The notes under the pieces are model-generated. The model saw only the letters and a program-made list of their open reading frames with translations, ran no database searches and had not been told where the DNA came from. 39,910 nucleotides of DNA from Cyanophora paradoxa CCMP329 (lineage: Eukaryota; Plantae; Glaucophyta): the NCBI GenBank assembly GCA_004431415.1, contig QPMI01000364.1, positions 1-39,910 of the forward strand, written 5' to 3'. Of this stretch, positions 21,831-33,047 are shown piece by piece. Every line of letters begins with the position of its first letter. Position 1 is the first letter of the stretch. Position numbers and translations under genes: made by a program.

Positions 21831-22052
21831 CTGTAACACACTGCGCCTTGCCGCGCGCCATGCGGTAGTGAATCATCGCAGTTAGATTGTATTCAATTCG
21901 TGTCGTAGGCTCGTTCAATTGCAAGGCGCATGTGCGTGTTGCAATTGCTCGTGGTAAGGCACTCAACGGGGGGTATGCGATTCTCGGCTTGGGTACTCGG
22001 TGCGGAGGGCAAAGCACGAGCTCGAGCTCGAAACCCGGGGCAATCGCGCGAG

Positions 22053-23264
22053 ATGTCCGCTTCGGTTCGTGCGCCGTGAAGCCTGCGAGCTTCTGCCCGT
22101 GACGAATCGCTCAAGCCTCTGTGCAGCAGCCGAAGCGCGCCATCTCGCGCGATGAATGGGAGAAAAAGCTGTCCGCCGTGAAGATTAACAAAAGGTTCGC
22201 GCCAATTGCGGGGGCACGCGTTCGACTGCGCTGACCGCGGTGCCCAGCGACCTGAATCGGCTGGTGATGAATTACCTCGTGATCGAGGGATACAAGGACG
22301 CCGCGGAGAAGTTTCAGCAGGAGTCCGGCACGGATCGGCTCGGCAAGACACGTGCGCGTGGCCCGGAAGTCCCTGCCGCTCGCTACGGCTGACCGCGTTT
22401 CCGCTGCCACAGAGGGCGTCGACTTGGACTCTATAGCAGATCGGATGGCTATTCGAGGCGCCATCCAGCGCGGAGACATTCTGGAGGCCATCGAGCGCGT
22501 GAACGACTTGGACCCGGAGGTGCTGACCCTGTCCTTCATTTTTGGCCGAGTGCTAAGGCGTTCCTGCGCAGATTCTGGATACGAATCCGCGACTATACTT
22601 CCATTTGCAGCAACAGCGGATGATTGAGCTCATCCGTCAGAACAAGATCCAAGAAGCGCTCGACTTCGCCCAAGAAGAGTTGGCTCCGCGCGGCGAAGAA
22701 AATGTAAGAACTTTTCCCCCTTCAGATTACTCGATTGGCCAATGATGATTTTATGTTGGGAATCTCTCTGACATATCCTGAAGTAAACCTTTTATAACAC
22801 CACTTAGGCCTACCCCCTCGCCCCTCCCCCACGGAGCCGTGTAGGAATTCCGTTCCTAACTGTTCTCTTGGTGCTTTCTCTCGCGCAGACTGCATTTCTG
22901 TCTGAGTTGGAGAGAACAATGGGCCTCTTGGCGTTCGAGGATCCGACACAGTCGCCGCTCGCGGAATTGCTCGACAACTCGCAGCGGCAAAAGATGGCCA
23001 GCGAGCTGAACGCAGCCATCCTCACAAGCCAGTGCCAGGAGAAAGGCGAGGCCATCCTTTTGTGTCGTGCTCGTGGCCGCCATTAACTCGCTTCGCGCCA
23101 CAGATCCGAAGCTTCCCGTTCTGCTGAAGATGCTCATCTGGTCGCAGAACCAGCTCGACGAGAAAGTCACGTATCCTAGAATCAACGATTTGAGCTCCGG
23201 AGCGCTCGACGTCGGCTCCGCGGCATTCGATCCCATGCAGGTTACATCTGCGAGCATTGTATGA
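22053..23264 (+). CDS. GID8: GID8/TWA1 (LisH-CTLH-CRA) subunit of the GID/CTLH E3 ligase
   Basis: [17 protein letters not shown]|[28 protein letters not shown]...[12 protein letters not shown]...LDPE|[22 protein letters not shown]...[12 protein letters not shown]|...[11 protein letters not shown]...[15 protein letters not shown]...[20 protein letters not shown]. Confidence 0.95.
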
Positions 23265-23471
23265 GATCTTTTTCTTTTGTTGCACAGACACCTTGTACTT
23301 TCCACCTTGTACTTTCCTTTCTTGTACAGATATAGACTTAGGAGTTTCAAATGCACAGTAAAGTGACCATCCGCGCCCCACCTTCCTGCTCGCCGCCCCG
23401 CGCACCACCTTCCCGCTCGCCGGGAAAAGAATTGCGTTTGATTTGCGCGATCTAAAAATTAGACCGATGCT

Positions 23472-24155
23472 CTACAAAACGTATTTGTGGAAGAAGCGGC
23501 CGACACCAGCAGAGCAGACGGCGTTGACGAAAGTGAGGAAGACCAAGAGGCCCAATACGGGTTGCACGGTTGCTATCCGACGCTGCGGGTCGTCTACGGA
23601 GGACATATACAGGACGGTGATAAGCGAGAGGACGAAGAGGAGGAAGGCGGAGATCTTGAAGGGGGCGCTGGGGGTCATCTTCGGCCGGCGCGAGCTGGCG
23701 AACCCGCACAGCACGAGAATGGCGAACGCGCTGAAAGGAGATAGAGGGATCGTGCCGCCCAGCGTACGTGCGAACAGGTCCCAGCATGCTGCCGACACCA
23801 TCCAGTTGAAGTCGTTAACTCCCATCGTCAGGTGCACCAGCAGCGTTGCGAGGCAGACGAAGAACACGAGCGCATCCGATATCTGCCATGCACGGGCGTC
23901 CACTTGCTCCGGGAAGTCCATGAAGGTATTCCAAGGGCGCGAGTTGATCCAGAGCGTGAAGGAGTACGGGCTGCTAGCCGCCGCCGCGGCCGCTAGCTTT
24001 GCCTGGTTCTTGGTGCGCACGCGCGCGGCCGCCGGAGCTCCAGGAGCGCCTGGCGCGCCGGCCGCCAAGCTCCCGCTCGCTTGCGCTGATTTGGCCGCGC
24101 TGGGCTCCGCATCGTTTAGCACGCCGGCGCCGGCGCTCTTCTTCTTCTTGCCCAT
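23472..24155 (-). CDS. Intronless multi-pass membrane protein of unknown function (copy 1)
   Basis: ATG at 24155 (MGKKKKSAG...). Four hydrophobic segments: ALVFFVCLATLLVHL, FSAFAILVLCGFA, ISAFLLFVLSLITVLYM and VLGLLVFLTFVNAVCSAGV. Confidence 0.65.
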   Translation of the reverse strand: MGKKKKSAGAGVLNDAEPSAAKSAQASGSLAAGAPGAPGAPAAARVRTKNQAKLAAAAAASSPYSFTLWINSRPWNTFMDFPEQVDARAWQISDALVFFVCLATLLVHLTMGVNDFNWMVSAACWDLFARTLGGTIPLSPFSAFAILVLCGFASSRRPKMTPSAPFKISAFLLFVLSLITVLYMSSVDDPQRRIATVQPVLGLLVFLTFVNAVCSAGVGRFFHKYVL

Positions 24156-24448
24156 GTCTGGGCCTCTGAGCGCCGTTGCGATTCCTCCCTCCTGGAGTCG
24201 ACCCCCTGCAGCCAGAGTCCTGCTGGCTTTTTTTTCAGCCTCCCCGGCCAGCAACCCAGGTGCATACTTAAGTGCATGCTAAGCGCAAGCTGCTGTGGGC
24301 GGATGCATGCGCCGGAGGAGCGCGAAATTGGTGGTGTCAGTTAGCACATTGCCTGGCTGGTGGTTCAGCCAGCCGACCGCCTGCGCGGGGAGGGGGTGGT
24401 CGCGCAAACGCTGCTCAACAAGTCGGGCCCACGGCGCTCACGGACGGG

Positions 24449-26227
24449 ATGCATGCGCAAAGACCACTCCTGCCCCGCGAGCACCAGCGCTCGGCGGGCG
24501 TCTCGCGGGTGCCCGTGACGCGTGCTGCGACCCTCCGAGACATAGCCATCCGCGCCTCCGAGCTGTCAGTGATCGAAGGTAACGTGGCTCGCGCGTGGAC
24601 GAGCGCCCCCTGAGGCGCGCGCAGAGACGCAGAAGCAGCGGGAACAGAGGAGGCTTGAGGAGCAGCGAGAGGAGGAGGAGGTGCGCTATCGCGTAGCCGA
24701 CCCGCGCCGCCGACGTCTTACGTGGGGCCGCAGCGGAGGCGAGCTGTCCGATCGGCGGACAGGCTCTCGCTTCTATTCGACAGAGTGGCAAACCCCGCTC
24801 CCGACGCCAGACCGGCGAAGCAGAAGATGGTCCCCTCCTACGCGCGCCTCCTCGAGAGAAAGCAAGCCGCCGAGGCCGGCCCCGCGCCATCGCGGCCCCG
24901 CCCTCCCATCCGAGGCGGCGGGGGCCGCCGGGCGGGCCGCGGCCCCCGCCAGCTCCCGCGCGGGCGGTGCACGGCAGCGCTGCGGATGTGCCCACTTTGC
25001 CGCCCGAGGTCTCTTCGCGGGTGGCGGGGAGCGCGCCGAAGCTCTCCGCCTCCTCCTCGGCGCCGCAGCTGCCGCGGGGGGCCCTGGCGCCCCCGACGCT
25101 GCACCCCGCCGCCTCCACCTCCCGCCTCCCGCCCCCCTCCTGGCGCCTCCCCGCGGATGCGCCGGCGGAGGCGACTGCTGTCGCGGGGAGGCCCGTCGCC
25201 ACGGCCCCCTCGCAGCCACACGGCCCGCCGCGGGAGGCGAGCCCCGCGCGGCCGGCCTCCGCGGCGGCGAGGCGGGCGGCGTCACCGGAGACGCCGCCAG
25301 CGAGCGCGGCGGGGCCGAGCGTCGCGTGGGGCCCCGGCGTGGCGCCGCCGTCGCCGCCGCCGGTGGCCGGGGAGGCGGCGCTGGCGCCCTATCTCGCGCG
25401 CGCCCCGCTCCCCGACGGCGCCTTCGGCATCTACCGCAGCGAGCTCGCCGGCGGCTCGCCGCCCGCGACTCGCCGGGAGGCCGAGGCGGCGGGCAGCGAG
25501 GGGGAGCGCTCGGGGGAGGAGGAGGGGGGGGACTTGCTGGCCCTCTCCCCGCGCTCCGCGATGCCCACCCGCCGCTCCGCCGCCCCCGCGCACGCGCCGC
25601 CCGCCCCCACCGCCCGCTCCCTCCTCGCCACCTCGCGCTCCCTCGCCGCCCTCCACGCGCCCCTCTCCCTCGCCCGGCCCGGTGCGCCGCCCCACCGCCG
25701 GCCCTGCCCCGCGCCGAGGCATCCGCGCAGGCTCGCCGGAGGCGGCCGCTGTGGATGCGGCGGAGCAGCAGCGCCCGTCTACGGCGCCCCGGGCGGCGGG
25801 GCCGCGGGCGGCGTGGCGGGAGCGGCCGGGGAGCGCGGCGTCGCAGCCGCCGGCGGGGGCGCCGTACGGGCGGTGCGGTGGCGGGGCGGGGCCGGGGGGC
25901 GGCACGGGGCCGGCCCCGCCGTGGATGGCTTCCTCGTCCTCTCCCACGACGGCAGCTTCAGGGTCCGCTGGGGCGCGCCGCCCCCCGCCCCCGCCGCCCT
26001 CGCCCGCCCCGGCTTCGGCTCCCGCTCCTCCTCCGCCCTCGGCTCGCGCTCGCCCTCCGCCCCGGGGTCGAGGTCCCCCTCGAGCTCCGCCCTCAACTCC
26101 GGCGCCCGCACGCCCGCCGCCGCCTCCGGCCACCCCGCCGGCCCACCCCCGCCCCGCCCCTCGCCCTCCTCCGCCGCGCCCTCCTCGGCAGCTCCGCATC
26201 CAGGGCCCGCCTTCCGCCCCCTCGTGA
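24449..26227 (+). CDS. Hypothetical Pro/Ala-rich protein with a short N-terminal coiled coil (copy 1)
   Basis: MHAQRPLLPREHQR...AETQKQREQRRLEEQREEEE|...KMVPSYARLLERKQAAE, with typical gtgcgc/gccggc...gcag introns. An extra C near 24610 breaks the frame here but not in copy 2. Confidence 0.4.
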
Positions 26228-26567
26228 TTGCTTTTCGTGAGGCTTTTTCTCTTTTTCTTGTCTGCATTTGCAGCAGTTGGATGGCGCCGCGGCGCCCGCT
26301 GTTTTTTGGGTCTGATAGTCTCATCTCGCAGTTCGCAACGCCATGTGTTTTATTGCTGAGAATGATTGCGCAGAGTGTCACAGTGTTTTTTCCGATGCTT
26401 TTTCGACAGAACAGTTGAGCATACTTACAGTAGTGCTGCCGCAGTGCGGTGCAGGAGCTCTTTTTCAGTGGATTGGATATTTAGAGCGATGCATTTACAG
26501 TCGTACAAGAAACTTGAAGCGAGGAGGCGCCAGCCTCCAGGGGCCCCGCCGCAGGGTTCGCCTCCGC

Positions 26568-27370
26568 TCACGTGGAGGCCCTGCTCGTGCTCGAGCGCCG
26601 AAAGGCCGTCACATCGAATTTGTACGCCTCCGGCGGCGGGGGCGCAACCTTGAGGCTCTCCGAGCGCGGGATCGAGCGCTGCGCGCGCCGCTCGACGGCC
26701 GGACGGGGCGGGGCGGGGCGGGCGGCTGCGTACACGGCGCTCGACCTCCTCGATGCGGGACGTGGCCGCCGCGACGATCTCGTCGGCCGAGCGCGGCACG
26801 CCCGCCACCGGCAGCCGCAGCGCCGCTGCCCGCTGCGCCGCCGCCGCCGCCGCCGCGCGGGCCGCTCGCGACGCCCGCGTCCGCTCCAGCCAGTGCTTGA
26901 CCACACGCTGCGCGCATGCGGCTCGCGCGGGAGGGCGAGAGCGCTCGGCAAGCGCGCGGCCGCGGCGCACCTGGATGCGCCAGACGCTGTATTGCACAGA
27001 CATGCTCTGCGACCTGGAGACGATCCTCTTACGCTCCAGGTCCAGCTTCATCGTACTCGAGTGGATGATTGAAAGGCCTTCCGCAACCTGCGCCGAATGC
27101 GCAGGTCAGGCCTTCAGGGAATCCGGTGGTCAGCTCCTGCTGCCCTGCTTATGCATGATCCCCTGCCGCGCAGTGCGCTGCCCCGCCCAATCCCGCTCCC
27201 ACTATAACGTTCTGAGCTGATGTACTGAGCTGGTGTGAGCTGATGTGCTGTTGTGAGCTGGAGGTCCGCAGTCTAGATCTAGACCCGCGCGGGCGGAGAT
27301 GCATGGATATCCTGACCTGCTGCTCGCGCCTCCTGTTCAGCTCTTGCTCCTCTTTTTCCATCTTCTCTCC
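26568..27370 (-). pseudogene. 3' fragment of the IQ-motif gene, cut at the duplication junction
   Basis: Essentially identical to 31100-31901 but lacks the 5' part, which exists only beyond 31901. Confidence 0.6.
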
Positions 27371-27431
27371 CCCACGGAGCCGTGTAGGAATTCCGTTCCT
27401 AACTGTTCTCTTGGTGCTTTCTCTCGCGCAG

Positions 27432-27807
27432 ACTGCATTTCTGTCTGAGTTGGAGAGAACAATGGGCCTCTTGGCGTTCGAGGATCCGACACAGTCGCCG
27501 CTCGCGGAATTGCTCGACAACTCGCAGCGGCAAAAGATGGCCAGCGAGCTGAACGCAGCCATCCTCACAAGCCAGTGCCAGGAGAAAGGCGAGGCCATCC
27601 TTTTGTGTCGTGCTCGTGGCCGCCATTAACTCGCTTCGCGCCACAGATCCGAAGCTTCCCGTTCTGCTGAAGATGCTCATCTGGTCGCAGAACCAGCTCG
27701 ACGAGAAAGTCACGTATCCTAGAATCAACGATTTGAGCTCCGGAGCGCTCGACGTCGGCTCCGCGGCATTCGATCCCATGCAGGTTACATCTGCGAGCAT
27801 TGTATGA
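27432..27807 (+). pseudogene. 3' fragment (last two exons) of GID8 in duplication copy 2
   Basis: Identical to 22889-23264. The duplication begins inside GID8 intron 22704-22888, so the 5' exons are absent. Confidence 0.8.
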
Positions 27808-28014
27808 GATCTTTTTCTTTTGTTGCACAGACACCTTGTACTTTCCACCTTGTACTTTCCTTTCTTGTACAGATATAGACTTAGGAGTTTCAAATGCACA
27901 GTAAAGTGACCATCCGCGCCCCACCTTCCTGCTCGCCGCCCCGCGCACCACCTTCCCGCTCGCCGGGAAAAGAATTGCGTTTGATTTGCGCGATCTAAAA
28001 ATTAGACCGATGCT

Positions 28015-28698
28015 CTACAAAACGTATTTGTGGAAGAAGCGGCCGACACCAGCAGAGCAGACGGCGTTGACGAAAGTGAGGAAGACCAAGAGGCCCAATA
28101 CGGGTTGCACGGTTGCTATCCGACGCTGCGGGTCGTCTACGGAGGACATATACAGGACGGTGATAAGCGAGAGGACGAAGAGGAGGAAGGCGGAGATCTT
28201 GAAGGGGGCGCTGGGGGTCATCTTCGGCCGGCGCGAGCTGGCGAACCCGCACAGCACGAGAATGGCGAACGCGCTGAAAGGAGATAGAGGGATCGTGCCG
28301 CCCAGCGTACGTGCGAACAGGTCCCAGCATGCTGCCGACACCATCCAGTTGAAGTCGTTAACTCCCATCGTCAGGTGCACCAGCAGCGTTGCGAGGCAGA
28401 CGAAGAACACGAGCGCATCCGATATCTGCCATGCACGGGCGTCCACTTGCTCCGGGAAGTCCATGAAGGTATTCCAAGGGCGCGAGTTGATCCAGAGCGT
28501 GAAGGAGTACGGGCTGCTAGCCGCCGCCGCGGCCGCTAGCTTTGCCTGGTTCTTGGTGCGCACGCGCGCGGCCGCCGGAGCTCCAGGAGCGCCTGGCGCG
28601 CCGGCCGCCAAGCTCCCGCTCGCTTGCGCTGATTTGGCCGCGCTGGGCTCCGCATCGTTTAGCACGCCGGCGCCGGCGCTCTTCTTCTTCTTGCCCAT
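28015..28698 (-). CDS. Intronless multi-pass membrane protein (copy 2)
   Basis: Translation identical to 23472-24155. Confidence 0.6.
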   Translation of the reverse strand: MGKKKKSAGAGVLNDAEPSAAKSAQASGSLAAGAPGAPGAPAAARVRTKNQAKLAAAAAASSPYSFTLWINSRPWNTFMDFPEQVDARAWQISDALVFFVCLATLLVHLTMGVNDFNWMVSAACWDLFARTLGGTIPLSPFSAFAILVLCGFASSRRPKMTPSAPFKISAFLLFVLSLITVLYMSSVDDPQRRIATVQPVLGLLVFLTFVNAVCSAGVGRFFHKYVL

Positions 28699-28991
28699 GT
28701 CTGGGCCTCTGAGCGCCGTTGCGATTCCTCCCTCCTGGAGTCGACCCCCTGCAGCCAGAGTCCTGCTGGCTTTTTTTTCAGCCTCCCCGGCCAGCAACCC
28801 AGGTGCATACTTAAGTGCATGCTAAGCGCAAGCTGCTGTGGGCGGATGCATGCGCCGGAGGAGCGCGAAATTGGTGGTGTCAGTTAGCACATTGCCTGGC
28901 TGGTGGTTCAGCCAGCCGACCGCCTGCGCGGGGAGGGGGTGGTCGCGCAAACGCTGCTCAACAAGTCGGGCCCACGGCGCTCACGGACGGG

Positions 28992-30760
28992 ATGCATGCG
29001 CAAAGACCACTCCTGCCCCGCGAGCACCAGCGCTCGGCGGGCGTCTCGCGGGTGCCCGTGACGCGTGCTGCGACCCTCCGAGACATAGCCATCCGCGCCT
29101 CCGAGCTGTCAGTGATCGAAGGTAACGTGGCTCGCGCGTGGACGAGCGCCCCTGAGGCGCGCGCAGAGACGCAGAAGCAGCGGGAACAGAGGAGGCTTGA
29201 GGAGCAGCGAGAGGAGGAGGAGGTGCGCTATCGCGTAGCCGACCCGCGCCGCCGACGTCTTACGTGGGGCCGCAGCGGAGGCGAGCTGTCCGATCGGCGG
29301 ACAGGCTCTCGCTTCTATTCGACAGAGTGGCAAACCCCGCTCCCGACGCCAGACCGGCGAAGCAGAAGATGGTCCCCTCCTACGCGCGCCTCCTCGAGAG
29401 AAAGCAAGCCGCCGAGGCCGGCCCCGCGCCATCGCGGCCCCCGCCCTCCCATCCGAGGCGGCGGGGGCCGCCGGGCGAGCCGCGGCCCCCGCCAGCTCCC
29501 GCGCGGGCGGTGCACGGCAGCGCTGCGGATGTGCCCACTTTGCCGCCCGAGGTCTCTTCGCGGGTGGCGGGGAGCGCGCCGAAGCTCTCCGCCTCCTCCT
29601 CGGCGCCGCAGCTGCCGCGGGGGCCCTGGCGCCCCCGACGCTGCACCCCGCCGCCTCCACCTCCCGCCTCCCGCCCCCTCCTGGCGCCTCCCGCGGATGC
29701 GCCGGCGGAGGCGACTGCTGTCGCGGGGAGGCCCGTCGCCACGGCCCCTCGCAGCCACACGGCCCGCCGCGGGAGGCGAGCCCCGCGCGGCCGGCCTCCG
29801 CGGCGGCGAGGCGGGCGGCGTCACCGGAGACGCCGCCAGCGAGCGCGGCGGGGCCGAGCGTCGCGTGGGGCCCCGGCGTGGCGCCGCCGTCGCCGCCGCC
29901 GGTGGCCGGGGAGGCGGCGCTGGCGCCCTATCTCGCGCGCGCCCCGCTCCCCGACGGCGCCTTCGGCATCTACCGCAGCGAGCTCGCCGGCGGCTCGCCG
30001 CCCGCGACTCGCCGGGAGGCCGAGGCGGCGGGCAGCGAGGGGAGCGCTCGGGGAGGAGGAGGGGGGGGACTTGCTGGCCCTCTCCCCGCGCTCCGCGATG
30101 CCCACCCGCCGCTCCGCCGCCCCCGCGCACGCGCCGCCCGCCCCCACCGCCCGCTCCCTCCTCGCCACCTCGCGCTCCCTCGCCGCCCTCCACGCGCCCC
30201 TCTCCCTCGCCCGGCCCGGTGCGCCGCCCCACCGCCGGCCCTGCCCCGCGCCGAGGCATCCGCGCAGGCTCGCCGGAGGCGGCCGCTGTGGATGCGGCGG
30301 AGCAGCAGCGCCCGTCTACGGCGCCCGGGCGGCGGGGCCGCGGGCGGCGTGGCGGGAGCGGCCGGGGAGCGCGGCGTCGCAGCCGCCGGCGGGGGCGCCG
30401 TACGGGGCGGTGCGGTGGCGGGGCGGGGCCGGGGGCGGCACGGGGCCGGCCCGCCGTGGATGGCTTCCTCGTCCTCTCCCACGACGGCAGCTTCAGGGTC
30501 CGCTGGGGCGCGCCGCCCCCGCCCCCGCCGCCCTCGCCCGCCCGGCTTCGGCTCCCGCTCCTCCTCCGCCCTCGGCTCGCGCTCGCCCTCCGCCCGGGGT
30601 CGAGGTCCCCTCGAGCTCCGCCCTCAACTCCGGCGCCCGCACGCCCGCCGCCGCCTCCGGCCACCCCGCCGGCCCACCCCCGCCCCCGCCCCTCGCCCTC
30701 CTCCGCCGCGCCCTCCTCGGCAGCTCCGCATCCAGGGCCCGCCTTCCGCCCCCCTCGTGA
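28992..30760 (+). CDS. Hypothetical Pro/Ala-rich protein (copy 2, several 1-nt indels relative to copy 1)
   Basis: Duplicate of 24449-26227. Confidence 0.35.
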
Positions 30761-31099
30761 TTGCTTTTCGTGAGGCTTTTTCTCTTTTTCTTGTCTGCAT
30801 TTGCAGCAGTTGGATGGCGCCGCGGCGCCCGCTGTTTTTTGGGTCTGATAGTCTCATCTCGCAGTTCGCAACGCCATGTGTTTTATTGCTGAGAATGATT
30901 GCGCAGAGTGTCACAGTGTTTTTTCCGATGCTTTTTCGACAGAACAGTTGAGCATACTTACAGTAGTGCTGCCGCAGTGCGGTGCAGGAGCTCTTTTTCA
31001 GTGGATTGGATATTTAGAGCGATGCATTTACAGTCGTACAAGAAACTTGAAGCGAGGAGGCGCCAGCCTCCAGGGGCCCGCCGCAGGGTTCGCCTCCGC

Positions 31100-32850
31100 T
31101 CACGTGGAGGCCCTGCTCGTGCTCGAGCGCCGAAAGGCCGTCACATCGAATTTGTACGCCTCCGGCGGCGGGGGCGCAACCTTGAGGCTCTCCGAGCGCG
31201 GGATCGAGCGCTGCGCGCGCCGCTCGACGGCCGGACGGGCGGGGCGGGGCGGGCGGCTGCGTACACGGCGCTCGACCTCCTCGATGCGGGACGTGGCCGC
31301 CGCGACGATCTCGTCGGCCGAGCGCGGCACGCCCGCCACCGGCAGCCGCAGCGCCGCTGCCCGCTGCGCCGCCGCCGCCGCCGCCGCGCGGGCCGCTCGC
31401 GACGCCCGCGTCCGCTCCAGCCAGTGCTTGACCACACGCTGCGCGCATGCGGCTCGCGCGGGAGGGCGAGAGCGCTCGGCAAGCGCGCGGCCGCGGCGCA
31501 CCTGGATGCGCCAGACGCTGTATTGCACAGACATGCTCTGCGACCTGGAGACGATCCTCTTACGCTCCAGGTCCAGCTTCATCGTACTCGAGTGGATGAT
31601 TGAAAGGCCTTCCGCAACCTGCGCCGAATGCGCAGGTCAGGCCTTCAGGGAATCCGGTGGTCAGCTCCTGCTGCCCTGCTTATGCATGATCCCCTGCCGC
31701 GCAGTGCGCTGCCCCGCCCAATCCCGCTCCCACTATAACGTTCTGAGCTGATGTACTGAGCTGGTGTGAGCTGATGTGCTGTTGTGAGCTGGAGGTCCGC
31801 AGTCTAGATCTAGACCCGCGCGGGCGGAGATGCATGGATATCCTGACCTGCTGCTCGCGCCTCCTGTTCAGCTCTTGCTCCTCTTTTTCCATCTTCTCTC
31901 CAAGCAACTCCGCGTACACCATCCTCGCCTGATTCGGGCTGAGCTTTCGAAGATAGGTCTGTACAACCCTCCGGACCTTTGCCCTGCGTATGAGGGCTTG
32001 AATACGCGCTGCCGCCGCATGGACACCCTTCAGTGGCGGTGGGGGCTTGGGTCGGTGCATCTTCTGCAGAAAATTTGCGCCGACGGAGGCGTCTACGGAG
32101 ACCGCGATTGCTTGCGCAGCACGGACAATTCGCTCCTCACGCAATTGGTCAACAGCGCCGTGCGCCATCGCGCTGCCCGATTTGCGTGCCTCGTCCGTCG
32201 GGTCCAGGCGGCGTCTCTGCAATGCCTCGTCCGTCGGGTCCAGGCGGCGTCTCTGCAATGCCGACTGTCTTACGCTGCTTCCAGCAAAGAAGACTTTCAG
32301 AAACTTGAAGAAAGCTGTGCTGCTGTCCGAAGCTGTCCGCTGGTCGCCGAGGGGGGTACGTGGCAGAAGATCGATCTCCAGCTGGATATCGATGTCCCGC
32401 AGCACAGCAGGAGACGCGCGTGACGCGGCGGCGTACGCGCAAACACTAGAAGCGCTGAAGGTAGCGCACTCTTCCGCAGAACTCTCGCGGCCCTTTCAAG
32501 TTTGTTCACAGCGTTCCCGTGGTACAGGCGGTTCAAGATAAATCGCTCTCGCTCCAGGCAGACATCGAAGTGTTGGAAATCGAGTGCGCCTCTTTGCGGC
32601 GCCGGCGCGACAGCGCGGGCGCCGACGTCGAGCGCGACGTTTTCGTGCTCACCGCGTACCGCCCGTTGCTTCTTCTTTTCCCGGCGTGCCTCATCCTCGG
32701 CGTCCTTGCGCTTTTCAACCACCCGCTTGTCGACGTCTCGGCCAGCTCAGGGGCCAACTCTGACCGCTTCGAGGAGAGCCTCTTCTCTCTCGTCATCAGC
32801 ATCTATAGTCTGCTCTTAATCCGCTTCTGCTCTTCCACGGTATAGTCGTC
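31100..32850 (-). CDS. IQ-motif / coiled-coil protein, possibly disrupted at the 5' end
   Basis: IQ-like AAARIQALIRRAKVRR and spliced WRIQ|RVVKHWLERTR; charged helices EKRKDAEDEARREKKKQR. An in-frame TGA at 32747-32749 and an apparent frameshift near 32815 leave the start unresolved. Confidence 0.45.
32187..32262 (+). repeat. 36-bp in-frame tandem duplication (ALQRRRLDPTDE x2 on the minus strand)
   Basis: tgcctcgtccgtcgggtccaggcggcgtctctgcaa occurs twice exactly. Confidence 0.9.
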
Positions 32851-33047
32851 TGCTATTCACTCGCGGGCTGAGCGCCTGAACGCCCCGCAGCGCCCGTTCG
32901 CGGGCTCGGTGCTCGCCACACAGCTCGCCCTCTCGGCTTGCCTCGTCTTCCTTGGCCACGCCTGCGCCGCCCACCTCTACTCGCCGGCCTAGCTCGCGGC
33001 CGCAGACGTTTAAATAGCACGCCGGAGAGAGAGCGGCCTGAGGGCGG

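Larger units (their letters stand above)
22824..31901 (+). repeat. ~4.54-kb tandem duplication (copy 1 22824-27370; copy 2 27367-31901)
   Basis: Identical ORFs at an offset of 4543 (for example 23443/27986). The junction at 27367-27370 has CTCC microhomology. The copies differ mainly by 1-nt indels in G/C runs. Confidence 0.95.

Noticed and set aside
21905-22010. Faint tRNA-Pro-like words (ggctcgtt, ggggtatgcgattctcggcttgggt)
   Set aside because: No cloverleaf, T-loop GTTCRA or acceptor stem could be built.
27149-27598. Chimeric minus-strand ORF across the duplication junction
   Set aside because: Its 5' half is simply antisense GID8 sequence; nothing indicates a real fusion gene.
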